From Tubulanus polymorphus (taxonomy: Eukaryota > Animalia > Nemertea): 64,000 bases of DNA. A model generated the notes under the pieces. It was not told where the DNA came from. It saw nothing but the letters and a program-made list of their open reading frames with translations, and did not search any database. Location of the stretch: assembly GCF_964204645.1 (NCBI RefSeq), contig NC_134025.1, positions 62,001-126,000 on the forward strand. Direction: 5' to 3'. Positions within the stretch are counted from its first letter, which is position 1. Each line of letters starts with the position of its first letter. Below are positions 39,008 through 52,100 of the stretch, piece after piece. A program made the position numbers and the translations under genes.

Positions 39008-42000
39008 ATGGATGAAATCGACAAATTAGAGGTTTACATTAAATGTAGCGATATTGAGAAAGCTGAGGATACGATACCAGTTTGTGTGATACACCAGAGA
39101 CAATACGGACAGTGGAAGCAGGTGTGGAGAAGTGAACCTGCTATCAATAAAATCAAACCCACGGTACAGTATTTACATTTCACCCTAATGAAGCTATTCC
39201 ACGCACTAGTAGCCAAGGTTTCCAATCTTCGATAAAATCTGTTTAAAAATCAAAACCTCAAAATTTCGTTGAATATTTTATTTCAGTTCACGAATGTTTT
39301 TATAACTGAATTTAATCCGCACCACGATATAAAACTCCTGGTTACACTGTACAGCATGGACCCGAGGTATTAGAAATAACACTTAAACAATCATTTTCAT
39401 CATTTCTAGGAAATTGAATATCATTTCTCGGATTATCAATATTGATATTTCTAGGATTATCGACTTGGATAAACAACACGTGATCGGCTCAGTAGAGATT
39501 ACCGCTCATGAATTAGTATCAACACAATCGAATAAAACAGAAATCAATAGAATTCTGAGGATACCGGGTAAGAGATCAACACCAGGGGGCGCTTCATCGA
39601 TCAGGGTCTAATCAATTCAGGATCTGTGAAATGCACCGTTGTTAAGTCACGTGGTAGATTAATGATTTCGTTTTATTAAAGGTTTCCCAAAACCGCGAGG
39701 TTGGATAACATTTCTGAGTGAAACGTATCGTCCAAATCGAGGCCGAATATTCTGTCATATCGGCTGCTCAAATATGAAAAGAGAAGGAGCAGCAGTGAGT
39801 CGTCTGTGGAAGGTACGCATAATACAGTGACGTCACAAACCTCAGTGAGAACTGCCTGGTGAAAACTCGTAATCATTGTCTCCCTCAAATTTCAAATGCC
39901 CCCATGATCCCTAATATAAGCATTATGGACTGATGATTTACGGGCTGGTTGGATTCAACCCTCCAACCTCTAAATTGATGAAATCGAGAGAAAAAATATT
40001 CTATATTATTTGATGATTTCTTTTGTAGAAAAAAGTTTATCTAGAAATTCAGAGGAGAATATGTGATACGCATCATCCTGTTTATAGAACAGAATTACTG
40101 AAATCTAATGCACCTAGGTAACTCTTTATACAACACTTAAACATTCACTGCTTAAATTCATCAATTATCATTTATAGGAACTTTGTTTATTTCAGGTGGA
40201 AACCGTTTGAGATTTCACTCTCAAAATTGACCGGAATGAGTCAATCCACTGATGCATTTATCAAATTTATAATCTATAAGAAAAATCGGTAAGAACTGAG
40301 GTCACCTAGCGGGAAGAACCTAAACTAGACCCTCTTCTCTCTAACCTACCCGCATCAATTAGATTTATGTAATTCAGGTTTATTTTCAGCGGGAATCATA
40401 AAGAAATTTCTTCATCCAAAATCAGGATTCAAGACTTGATTCAAAACAATGAGAAAAGGTAAATTTCATTCGCACAAAGAATCGTTCAATTAATTCACAT
40501 TCAGTTTGAAATTTTATTACAATTCATTTGATCAAATATTTCTCAAAATTTATAGAACGGATATTTACAAGTTGAAAATGATGAAATGTAAGAAAATTAA
40601 AGAGGAAAAAGATGAGGAGGAAAATGACGATGAAACATTACAGATAACAGAATTATTATTTTATAAATGCAGGTAAGCGATGAGTCCCGAGTCTTGAGTC
40701 ATTGAGCGGAGTTAGGTCCAAGTATTTCTAATGAAACTCTGTTTCTTTTGTTTGTTGTATTACAGTTTAGAAAGAGACTATAGTTTAAATGATTACATCA
40801 ACTGTGGGTTTAATCTCAAACAGATTTATGCTATTGATTTTACTGTAAGTCGACACCCTCCCCTCCCTGCCCTGTATCCCCCCCCCAACCCGTATGCCCC
40901 CCATGAGACGCCGCCATTTTGTTTTGTATTGTATGTTTCAGATGTCTAACGGGGATTTAACCAATAATAACTCTCTACATCATCTACTTCCGGTACGTCA
41001 TTTCCTCCTCATCAATTTGAATATTATAATTTTATCGATTAGATGAATCCATGTATTCGGTGTTTGTATTTAAACAGATGAATGAATATGAGAAAACAAT
41101 GCGGTTGATAAACGGCGCTATCGGAATATACGATCATACACAACAGATACATCTGTATGGATTCGGAGCTAAATTACCCGATCAGAAACATACATCTCAT
41201 TGTTTCTGTATGAATACAGAACCCGTTAAAGGAATTCAGGTGAATATAAGAGAATTATGAGAATAAAACATTGTGAAGAAACTATTCTCAATTCTTATCT
41301 GTTGGATGTATTTCAGGGAATGATCTCGGCTTACGAGTTCATCACTCCTCAACTAACATTCTCCGGTCCCACATATTTCACTCCCGTCATCAAACACGCC
41401 ATGAAACTCGTTCAACAATCCGAACATCAACGGCATTATTACGTCGTTACTATAATAACGGTAAGAACATTTATTCCATATATGGATATTATGCAAATGA
41501 ACTGTGACATAATAATGAGTGTAAGGATGATATGTAAATGAACTGTGACGTAATGAAGTTGTGTGTATTTTGTAGGATGGAGTTTTGAATGATTTAGATG
41601 CGACATTAGATGTTTTATGTGACGCCTGTGATTTACCGATGTCTGTTTTAATCGTGTGTTTAGGACCCTCCGACTTTCACTATATCGTTAGTACTTCCTC
41701 ATCGACTACACTTAAATATCTAAACACGAAATTAAGAAGTCTGTCAAGACTAAAGTGTTTCGCGCTATAAACAGTTATCTTGCATCAGGTGCAATTTGGA
41801 AACAGCAAAAACGTTTTAGTCTCAGTTCGATAATGAATAACTTCTTATTTCTACAATTTTGAAATTGTCCTCGCTATCAGCAAACTGCTAGATCTATCAC
41901 TGTTTCATAAATAATCATTCAACCTAATTGTTGTTGTTTTTTTTAAATTCCAGGATCAATTGCGTTCAACACCCGATAATTTACTGAAATGTGCTAAATC

Positions 42001-42472
42001 AAAAAATACCGCCTGGAGACCGAATAGTCACGTGATCGTTTTGAGAAATACAAATTTCAATTCTCCAAAAATAGTAAGTGATTCAATCGGGCACTGACTG
42101 TCCTTATACATCCGTTAAACATAACGTCGTTCTATTTGTAATATATTTTAGTTGAATGATTTGATGTTTGTCATCTCGTCTCAATTTATAACTTATATGA
42201 AATCAAAATCAATATTTCCGGAAAATTACACCCATAATTCAACAACCGGAAACGGAAACTGGGTGAACGCGCTCACGCAATTACAGGCTGTTCCACAATC
42301 TAAAGGTTTGTTTGTCTCATTTTACCATGTCGTTATCTAAAAATCTTATGTCGTTATAATGAAAACAGTTTTTGTTTTTTTTTTTTTAATTTCAGAAGTT
42401 CTGTGTCCAGTTTGTGGATCAGATGCAGTCAAAACGTTTACGACTGTCCAAAAATTCGACTCATCAAATTAG
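39008..42472 (+). CDS. Divergent copine-family protein (two C2-like domains plus vWA)
   Basis: AIDFTMSNG, YGFGAKLP..SHCF, SGPTYFTPVI, YYVVTIITDG and LPMSVLIV are copine vWA motifs. VYRTE..P.WKPF is C2B-like. Confidence 0.85.
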
Positions 42473-42703
42473 ACAGCGACCAGACAGAAATGTGAATCTG
42501 GTATAAATAGACAGCAAATTTGTGTAAAATTTATTTCAGTAAATAAATTCTATGTTGACTTCAAACTCTATTAATTTGTTTGTTTGATGAAAAAAGATTC
42601 GATTGTGTTTAATTTATGAAACAGTAGTTCGCATGTTGTGTTCGTATCCGGTCAAAAATAGATGTCGAATTCACCAAAAAGTAATTCAGATATCCAGTAA
42701 AAT

Positions 42704-42840
42704 TAACCCTAACCCTAGGGGTCAACCATAACCCTAACCCTAGGTTCAGGTGACCTCTAACCCTAACCCTAGCAGGATTCGAACTTGGAGTCTTCAGCGT
42801 AACAGCCAAGCACACTAACCACTAGACCATAGACCAGTGG
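42704..42840 (-). mobile_element. tRNA-derived SINE-like element or tRNA pseudogene with a TTAGGG-containing tail
   Basis: On the - strand: TGGTCTAGTGG (A box) ... GTTCGAATCC (B box) at tRNA-like spacing, then TAGGGTTAGGGTTA blocks. Confidence 0.6.
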
Positions 42841-43510
42841 TGATAGAAATGGTTTGCAAGTTTGTCTGGTTAGTGTGGTTGGCACCATGACTGGTGACCA
42901 GTCAGGTGTGGTGACTCCACTCACTGTAACAATACCCGCTATCACTCTCTCTCTCTTTCTTTCCAAACCTACCCACATCCATTTATTCTAGAAGATTACC
43001 AGCAACGAAAAAGGGGCACTCAGAGCTTCTGTGGGTGTTTGACAAAGGAAGTCCTACTGATCGAGGGCTGGCCGCCGACAAATCTATTCAACAACTCGGA
43101 ATCAGTTTCATGTAGAAATTAATCATTTATTATTTCTGATTTAAGTTTCATCGTAAATAAATACAAATTAACAATTTTTATTTGAGTGGATTTTTACAGA
43201 AGTATCTACAATACAAACTCTTAAAGTGTTGAATACAAATAGGCTTTATTTCATCACTAATACCACACAATATTGTATTTTCCACTGGAATTAATTCAAA
43301 GATTAAAAGAAATATTCACATGATTCAATAATTTGAAGTATAGAATCTCTACAGTGATTGGTTTAAGTCTCAATAAACATCGTTTTATTATCATTTTATT
43401 GAAATATGAAAATGCGAAAGTTAATGTTTGTTCTATGATCAATAATTGTATTGTTAAAAACTATGAAATACTGATAAACGTGAAAGACTAAACTAAATGA
43501 GAGGGAGATG

Positions 43511-44080
43511 AATAGTACCTGCCTGCAGGGGGAGGTACTGATTCTAATGTCTATTTCAACCTGACTTGAGAGCATTCCAAGTGGCCTAGCTCAGTCATTT
43601 TTAGTAGCACATACCTGATAAAGGTCTTATTAGGACCAGAAAGGACAGGCAGTCGACCTTAAACATCATTTTTTAATCCACTTTAAACTGTATTGAAGGA
43701 TATCTAAAAAGTCTTCACTGAAAGGGGTTCATGAGAGAAAAGAGACTCCATGATTTGAAAGTTTAACAATATGTTTCCATGCCTACACACCAAACTTCAG
43801 TTGGTAGGCATGGAGATATATTGTTAAACTTCCAAATCATGGAGTCCCTTTTCTCTCAGGAACCCCTCTCAATGCAGACTGTTTGGATATCCTTCAATAC
43901 AGTTTAAAGTGGATTAAAAAACGATGTTTAAGGTCGACTGCCCGTCCTTTCTGGTCCTAATAAGACCTTTATCAGGTATGTACTACCAAAAATGAGCGAG
44001 CTAGGCCACTTGGAATGCTCTTAAGTCAGGTTGAAATAGACATTAGTCAATAGTACCTACCTGGAGGAGGAGGTACTGAT
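43511..44080. mobile_element. Foldback/MITE: ~243-bp inverted arms (43544-43786, 43804-44046) flanked by 32-bp direct repeats
   Basis: ctaatgtctatttcaacctgactt ... aagtcaggttgaaatagacattag, with flanks aatagtacct.cctg.agg.ggaggtactgat. Confidence 0.85.
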
Positions 44081-44391
44081 ATCACAATAGGGTTTGGCAC
44101 ACAACAATTATATTAGAACCTTATTACTAAATATAGAATAATATACAGAAGTGCTCAATCTATACAAATCACTAATACTTTAAAAACACCCATCTCACTA
44201 ATACAAGTCATCAGAAATACTTTCAACAAATCTGATGATATTCAAAAATTGATTTAAAAATATTTAACAAGGTTATATTTTTTTGATAGTTTTTAGAAAT
44301 CTCGTACAGTATTTCATGTAAAAATAATACTCTAAACCAAGCATTGAATATAATCTCTAATGGGGTCGGTAAATTCTAATTTGAAATGGTT

Positions 44392-46175
44392 TTATTTTTT
44401 CAACCAGGGAAGTTTAATAATCTTACTGCCATCAGGCCATTCGTAGCGAGTCTGATATTCGGTATAACTGGGATCAAACTGCTGTTTAGCGAGGGGGCGT
44501 CCGTAAATGTGATAATTTGGAGCTGGATTGATGATAAATGGACTGGTTTTCTCATCCGGAGGAGGCCTCGAATAACGCGTTTTATATTCTGATTTTCCGG
44601 GGAATATCATATTAATCCCACAAGCTTCTTGTATTGATTGTGTATTGGGTCCTTTATCTAAATGTTGTCCTCTTGTTTCTAGCTTTTTTACAGGAACAGC
44701 TACAAATAAAATATACTACAAAATTACAATTATATTCTATCTTAATAGAACTATACTGAAATTTCAGTAGAAGTTTCCTCAGAAATTCTTTTCTTAGATT
44801 TTACTCAAAGTTTGGTTTAAGGTAATCTGTTTAACTTAAACCAATTTTGAGCTATTAAACCGAAATCTATTTGCACAGTTGTCATTTAGGTTTGGACTCT
44901 AAATACCGATGATTAGTTCATTTTCAATGTTTCTTCAATAAAATATTAACAATAGGTTCAATAGTTCTAAGTTCAGATTTGAATTGGAGTTAAATAAACA
45001 ATGAAAATGTTATTTTAACATTGAACTCTGAGGATCCTGCAGGGTCCGATCTAAGCACTTGTCCGATTGCCCGGGTCAAGTATATTCAAGTATGAACTCT
45101 GAGGATCCAGTAGAATTGGGTTGATGAACACTGTACCTGATTGAGTAGTAGCTGGTCTGATCAGTTGTGATTGAATCCCGATATCTGGCTGTCTGTTTGG
45201 TTTATTAGACATTGTGTACTGGTTGAATGTATTATGATATCCTGCAGCAGTCATCGCTCTAGGGTAACCTACAATCATTCACAATCATTTACAATCATTG
45301 GGGGGGGGCAACCAAGAAAAATAACAAAATCTCAAATCATTTATCTTACCGTCTGAATTGAAGACAGGTTTATTTTTGTTAAAATCTCTCATCCAGTAGG
45401 TATCTAATTGAAATGGGTTTCTAGATCCCCGTGTGAGGTTGTTTCTATAGCCGGTATATCGATCTGTAACTCCGATCTGATCTGAAAACTGTCGAATTCT
45501 GTTGTATGATTCTTTAGCATACGGTCGCATATCCTACAATATCAAACAAATACATCATTATCAGGGACACTCTTACAAACTGAAAAACACTCCAAACTGT
45601 TCCACTGAACACTCAAGAACACTCCGAACTGAACACTCTCTCTGGAAAACTTACCCCTTTAACATTTAATAGATTCTGCATATGGTGGTGATGTAATTCA
45701 CGGATTTCATTTTCTTGCATTTTTGCCAAGTTATTTTTATCCATGGTTAATTTATAGTTATTCATGACTCCATTCGCGTTATTTAGAGTTTGTACTGCAC
45801 CTGAAATACATTAGATATACATAAACCAACATTTATCCTGCAACTTGGGGTTAGTTCAAATCAAGCCTCCCCAGATCAGGAGCACACACAACTCCCTACC
45901 CCACAATGGATCTTATTGACTTCATTGAATAATTCTGAAAAAAAAGACCTGATTAAAAGAATATTACCTGATCGCTGCTGAAGTAGAGTGGAATTTCCAC
46001 CGTGTAAAGTGGAATCTAATTTCAGATGTTCCACTCCGTTATTTATAGATCTGAATTCTCTTTCTAATTCAGGAGTCACATAATGTTTACCGCTTCCAAT
46101 TACTTCATTGATATCAGCTTTCAGAGTTCTACTTAATCCAGTGAACTGATGCGGGCTGCTGCTGGTGGCGAGCAT
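44392..46175 (-). CDS. Uncharacterised 5-exon protein, possible ciliary microtubule inner protein
   Basis: Exons at about 45968-46175, 45655-45801, 45350-45533, 45137-45267 and 44392-44699 join via GT-AG in frame. C-terminal SEYKTRY and TEYQTRYEWP motifs. Confidence 0.7.
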
Positions 46176-46452
46176 CCTCTCTATCTCTATCTCTATACAC
46201 CGTTTACACAATCAACTTGACACTTGAGCTTCTGTAGCAACCACCCGGAAATACGCGAGATCGTAACTAACTCACCGGGTTCGAATCCCGAATTTATCAC
46301 GGCTAACCCTAACCCTAATCCGTGAATTAGTTCATTCCAATTACTGATCCAGATCCGCGAAATAGTTAATTCTCCACCGTAGCGCCATCTACATCGATCG
46401 AATTTCTGAGAAGAACTGAACGAGTTTTGATGAATTTAAACGCGGTGAAATA

Positions 46453-47405
46453 ATGGATAAGTGGATATATTTATGGGTGATTTTAGCGTCAGTTAGTTTG
46501 TGTAAGTTTTAAACATTTGAAATATCGTTTAAAATACGAGATTTAACCAGTTTAAACTGGTTTAAATTCATATTTAATATCACTTCCGGGTTTCGATATT
46601 GTCAGTCACAGAACTGTGTTGTTGGCTAATTTGGGCGTTGTTTATTTTCAGCTGTTGGTTTAGAATGTTATGTTTGTGATTCTCAAGACAGTAATAAAGA
46701 TAAATGTGTGAAGAGTACAATTCAGTGTGAAGAACATCACGATACATGTGCTACTATTATCAAATATAGAGGTGAGACTCGCTCCAATATGCCTGCCTGC
46801 CGTCCTCGAGACCTCCTCCTCCTCAACCTCATCAGCTATAAGTTACACTCAGATATTTAATCAATTATTAACTTGTTCTCTTCTTGTTTTATATATTTTT
46901 TCGCCAGTCACCTGATGATGTTCTTTAGGAAAGCTCAAAACATTGTCATTTTAATTCTTTATTTCGTTTTTAATCTTTTATATTTGTAAATAATAGGTTT
47001 TAATTCTACTTCTGTCATAATGTGTGACTGAGAGTAAACTGAATTGTTAATTTGTAGTACCCCCGTACTGGACTGAGAGAGGTGATTTTAGACTGGCATA
47101 TATCACTAAAGAATGCAGCACGCGTCCCGCTTGTGAAGCCGATAAAGCCGTTTATTTGAAAGCTTGTAAACGTGATTGGTACGATGACTGGACCTGTGTT
47201 GAATGTTGTCAGGGTGATTACTGTAATTATTACGTAACTGTAAGTATTGTTGTAAATGGTAGAAACGGTTCCTCGGTGACGAGTGTATTAATTACTGATA
47301 GTTTTGTGTATTTATTTACAGCTCGGTTCAGGGATCACCTCGTACAGTATCGTACTACTGGTTACCGCTTGTATCGGCGCATTGTTGATTCTGCGTTACA
47401 GCTAA
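46453..47405 (+). CDS. Ly6/uPAR three-finger, probably GPI-anchored protein (4 exons)
   Basis: Signal peptide, LECYVC...C..C..C...KEC..C..C..WTCVECCQGDYCN, hydrophobic C-tail. Confidence 0.9.
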
Positions 47406-47862
47406 TAATCGTCATAGAAACCATCGCTAAAACAATAACAATGGACAATCGGGTTTGGGAAATTCAAATTTTTTTTCGGTCGGTTTTTGTGAATCGGGTT
47501 TTGTTACAAAACAACTAGAAATTTTTAAGGATTGACGTCCATGATTTTTAAGTATCGTCCATTTTATAAATAAGACTCAACTCTTTGTAAAAACAGTCCA
47601 TAAATATTCTGTCCAAGTGTATTTTATTTCGTGTATATATATATATATATATATAATATCTATTGATATTTGAGGGTTTTTTAATTAGTATCAAATAAAC
47701 ATAAATTAATGATTATTAATAATGATTGTAAATATCAGATTCACTCTAATTATGATTCATTCCTGGCGTTGATTCCTTCGCAAACATTCTTCAATTTTTG
47801 TAAAACTCAATTATATTTTATAACAAGCTTTTCTTAATAAAATAAATTATTATTCAATCATT

Positions 47863-48883
47863 GGGTGTCTGTAGGGGTTCACTGATTCAGGTGTCTGTAG
47901 GTGTTCACTGATTCAGGTGTCTGTAGGTGTTCACTGATTCCGGTGTCTGTAGGTGTTCACTGATTCCGGTGTCTGTAGGTGTTCACTGATTCAGGTGTCT
48001 GTAGGGGTTCACTGATTCAGGTGTCTGTAGGGGTTCACTGATTCAGGTGTCTGTAGGGGTTCACTGATTCAGGTGTCTGTAGGGGTTCACTGATTCAGGT
48101 GTCTGTAGGGGTTCTCCGATTCAGGTGTATCTGGGTGTTCACTGATTCAGGTGTTCACTGATTCAGGTGTCTCTAGGTGTTCACTGATTCAGGTGTCTGT
48201 AGGTGTTTGCTGATTCAGGTGTCTGTAGGGGTTCACTGATTCAGGTGTCTGTATGTGTTCACTGATTCAGGTGTCTGTAGGTGTTCACTGATTCAGGTGT
48301 CTGTAGGGGTTCACTGATTCAGGTGTCTGTAGGGGTTCTCCGATTCAGGTGTATCTGGGTGTTCACTGATTCAGGTGTCTCTAGGTGTTCACTGATTCAG
48401 GTGTCTGTATGTGTTCACCGATACAGGTGTCTGTATGTGTTCACTGATTCAGGTGTCTGTAGGTGTTCACTGATTCAGGTGTCTGTAGGGGTTCACTGAT
48501 TCAGGTGTCTGTAGGGGTTCTCCGATTCAGGTGTATCTGGGTGTTCACTGATTCAGGTGTTCACTGATTCAGGTGTCTCTAGGTGTTCACTGATTCAGGT
48601 GTCTGTATGTGTTCACTGATTCAGGTGTCTGTAGGTGTTCACTGATTCAGGTGTCTGTAGGGGTTCACTGATTCAGGTGTCTGTAGGTGTTCTCTGATTC
48701 AGGTGTCTGTAGGTGTTCACTGATTCAGGTGTCTGTAGGTGTTCACTGATTCAGGTGTCTGTAGGTGTTCACTGATTCAGGTGTCTGTAGGTGTTCACTG
48801 ATTCAGGTGTCTGTAGGTGTTCACTGATTCAGGTGTCTGTAGGTGTTCACTGATTCAGGTTTCTGTAGGTGTTCACTGATTCA
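47863..48883. repeat. 26-bp minisatellite (gtgttcactgattcaggtgtctgtag)n
   Basis: About 39 copies between the convergent Ly6 and RLIG1 genes. Confidence 0.93.
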
Positions 48884-49426
48884 AGGGGGATGTGACGGGA
48901 AGAATCCCAGAAATAATCCAAAACGTTTCTCAAGTTTTCTACGATATAAATAAATATATTTACAGTTAAAATAATGATAACAAAACTGTATTAAACTCAG
49001 ACATGATGAAAGTCAATGGGTCGACGACATACAGCGCAAATAAACTCTTCAATTGTATATTTCTAACAGATCTTTCAGACTGCGACAATTAAATGTAAAT
49101 AGTCCGCCCCTGATATACCAATAGTCAGCCCCTGATATACCAATAGTCAGCCCCTGATATACCAATAGTCAGCCCCTGATATACCTCTCCGTGATAAACA
49201 CCAGCTTCTTTCAAAAATGAAACATCCGTATTTAATTCCGGAAGTAAGCCCCTTAAAAATCATAAATCACCTCTGATGTGGCTGCTGTCAGTATATCGGG
49301 GGCTGACAGTGTGTCTAAAGCTGAACCTAGTACAATATAATACATTGTAATACATATTCTAGCAGTAATACATTGTAATACATGACCTAGTAGTAATACA
49401 TACAGTGACAAATATTTGATTATTTT

Positions 49427-51365
49427 TTATACATTTAAAGCTGATAAATTCTGGAATTTTTGCTGATGAACAGAATTCAATCTCCTGAATAATGAATTAT
49501 CTTCCCACATATTTTCACTAGTATCGAATGGAACATTGATATAAACAGGAATCTGACAGAGTCTCGGAGATTCGACTGGCCACGGTAATTCCAGGTGGTG
49601 TCGATGAACCTAAAAATAATCACATATTCATTTATTGGAATATTTCACTGAATTCAGTCGGTAAATTTTAGGCGGTACCTTGAACAGAGTTCCGTCCTCG
49701 CAATGCCAAACAACGCCCTCTATAGCTCCGTCCTGCGTACTAGTGAACCATTCATTCAAAACTTCACGATTTAATTCCGGTATTTTAATGTTTGAGATAC
49801 TGCCGTGTACAACAAACATATGAATCGGTGCGTCCCTACTGCCTATACCTAAAATAAACAACATCATCATCTAGAAACTACCGGTGCCAGGAATGGGGGC
49901 GGCGGGGGGACCACACCCCCAGTCGTTATTAAACTACCGGTGCCAGGAATGGGGGCGGCGGGGGGACCACACCCCCAGTCGTTATTAAACTACCGGTGCC
50001 AGGAATGGGCGTGGCGGGCGGGGGAATGGTGCGATGATTGAGTTTGATTTATTTACCGTAAGGATTACCGTTGATGTTTGTACCGATCAGTTCTACAGTA
50101 TGACCACATATACTGTCTAATGGTACTGCTACTATTTCTAATCCATGTTCATTTTCTCTGAAATATAAACAGTATTTAATTGAATACAGTGATAAACCAC
50201 ATACACATCACTAACGCCATCTATAGTGAATTACCTCAATAAAAGAGCTATCTGTAATTTAAAATCAACTGGTGTTAAATGCCAACAATATTGCCTTGAA
50301 CCCGGTGATACTGGAATCCAACCTACAGCAAAAATAACAAGGTAGATTGAACTCTCGGTCGAGGGAGGAATGTGGCAGAGTCTCGTATCAGGTTTAAACT
50401 ATACCTGGAATATGACCATTGATATCGGCTTGTGCAATTCCATTTTCTATTTTTACTCCAGATGCCGGCTGCCAACAACTCGGTACATCCTAAAATAGAT
50501 CAGTGAGTATAAGAAAATAATCCCAGATTAGGAAGAACCAAACGTCATTTTACCTTGAAATCTGCATCGGTCCAAGTAAAAGTTGGTTCTTCGCCGGTTC
50601 GTCCATTCTTCTCCCATTCTCGATGTAATATTTTAACTTTACGGAATTTCCTTTCCGATAATTTGTTTAGTTTTCGATCTAATCGAGCCCATAACCACGG
50701 TTTACCTGAAATACATAAAACACAAAGTCAACCACTACCACGGTTTACGTGAAATACATAAAACACATAGTCAACCACTACCACGGTTTACCTGAAATAC
50801 ATAAAACACATAGTTCACCACTACCACGGTTTACCTATTACCAAATTATCCCCTCATCTCCTAACCTTAGTCTGAATACCAGACGCCGCTGTATGGACCC
50901 CTTGGAACAACGGCTAGACATCTAGATACTTGACTATCCTGGTACATACCGATCCACAGGTCTATATATATATATATATATATATGGCTTGGTAGGACCC
51001 CAAATGTCAGTAGCGTCCCCATCTCAAAGTATACGACCTGTCCCTAACATCAATCGTCTGGTCAATTCAGACTACTCTCCCTCCCGTCAGCCCCTTCCAT
51101 CCCCCTCTTTTTACCCACGAGCAACTGAAGATTGAGACCTACCTTGCCAGTTTTGTATAAGACAACAGGTACCGTCCAGTTTCTCAGATATAATCGCTGT
51201 TTTTAATGATTCATGTTGTTCTATTATTTCTGGTTTCAGTTCGGATGAAGCGATCACTTTAAATGTTTGGTATTTTCGTTTTTTGGATCCCTCTTCAACA
51301 ACTACAGTTTTAAATACGCATGATACTTTAAACTGAACTGAACCGAGTTTCTCTAAACCATCCAT
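49427..51365 (-). CDS. RLIG1: RNA ligase 1 (C12orf29 family, 5'-3' RNA ligase) (multi-exon span)
   Basis: LGSVQ.K..CVF, motif I SEKLDGTCC, PWLWARLDRK, NGHIPGWIPV, ELIGTNINGNPY, EGVVWHC and KVHRHHL. Confidence 0.93.
50693..50838 (-). repeat. 43-bp tandem duplication of an RLIG1 acceptor plus exon start
   Basis: tatgtatttcag|GTAAACCGTGGT in 3-4 copies, one with AG mutated to AC. Confidence 0.85.
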
Positions 51366-51399
51366 ATGGGCTGCCGGGATCTAGCTGTACGCAAAAAAT

Positions 51400-52100
51400 A
51401 TCATTAGATGCCTGGTTTCTGCCGGGTGAAATCGGTTGATTGCGCTTCGTAGCACGATCAATTCAATTCAAAGATTCCTCCTGTGGCACGTGAGTAATAC
51501 TTATTTTGTATTTTTTACGAATATTTGCGACACAATCACGCGTGAAGAAGTGCATGTTAGTAAATCCATCAATAACGAATTGAATTTAACGAGTTTTCAA
51601 AACCAATGCAGTGTTAGTTCGCATTTTTACCGCTAATTATCTATATAGGGGCAGCACTTTACAGTTATTATTTTACACGGCTCACTTTCCCACTGTGGCA
51701 TGCGAGTAATGAGTAATTGCAAATGTTTTCAAGCTCATGATTGCCTTATGGAATAAGCTAACATAAGTTTTTTTCGATGGTGTATCAAATCATAGAAACT
51801 TTCACTTTGATTCCTTCCATGCCTGATGCAAAGATAATGTAGATATTGACAAACACCCGTCTGTCATCCGGCCCCGCGCCTTTCTTAAAAAAGCTAATTC
51901 TGTAGAAAAATTGCCAGTTAAGGAGTTTCAGTGCAGTTTTTATAAGTCTTTAGAATTTTCTTGGAATCCGGCCCGCATTTCGGTAAATAGTTTGTCCTGT
52001 ACGGCCGTTCGAAGACTTTGGCAAGCGAGTATTATGTTAGTTCACGTTTTTCCCGCTATTGTTATATATAGAGGCAGCACTAGACGGTCGACATGTGGCG
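51400..52100. mobile_element. Further copies or fragments of the dispersed MITE-like family upstream of RLIG1
   Basis: 51610-51712 and 52019-52100 share tgttagttc..ccgcta..tatag(g/a)ggcagcact with the copies at 3885 and 22670. Confidence 0.55.

Noticed and set aside
42771-42840. Functional tRNA gene
   Set aside because: Acceptor and T stems do not pair convincingly by eye; retained only as tRNA-derived.
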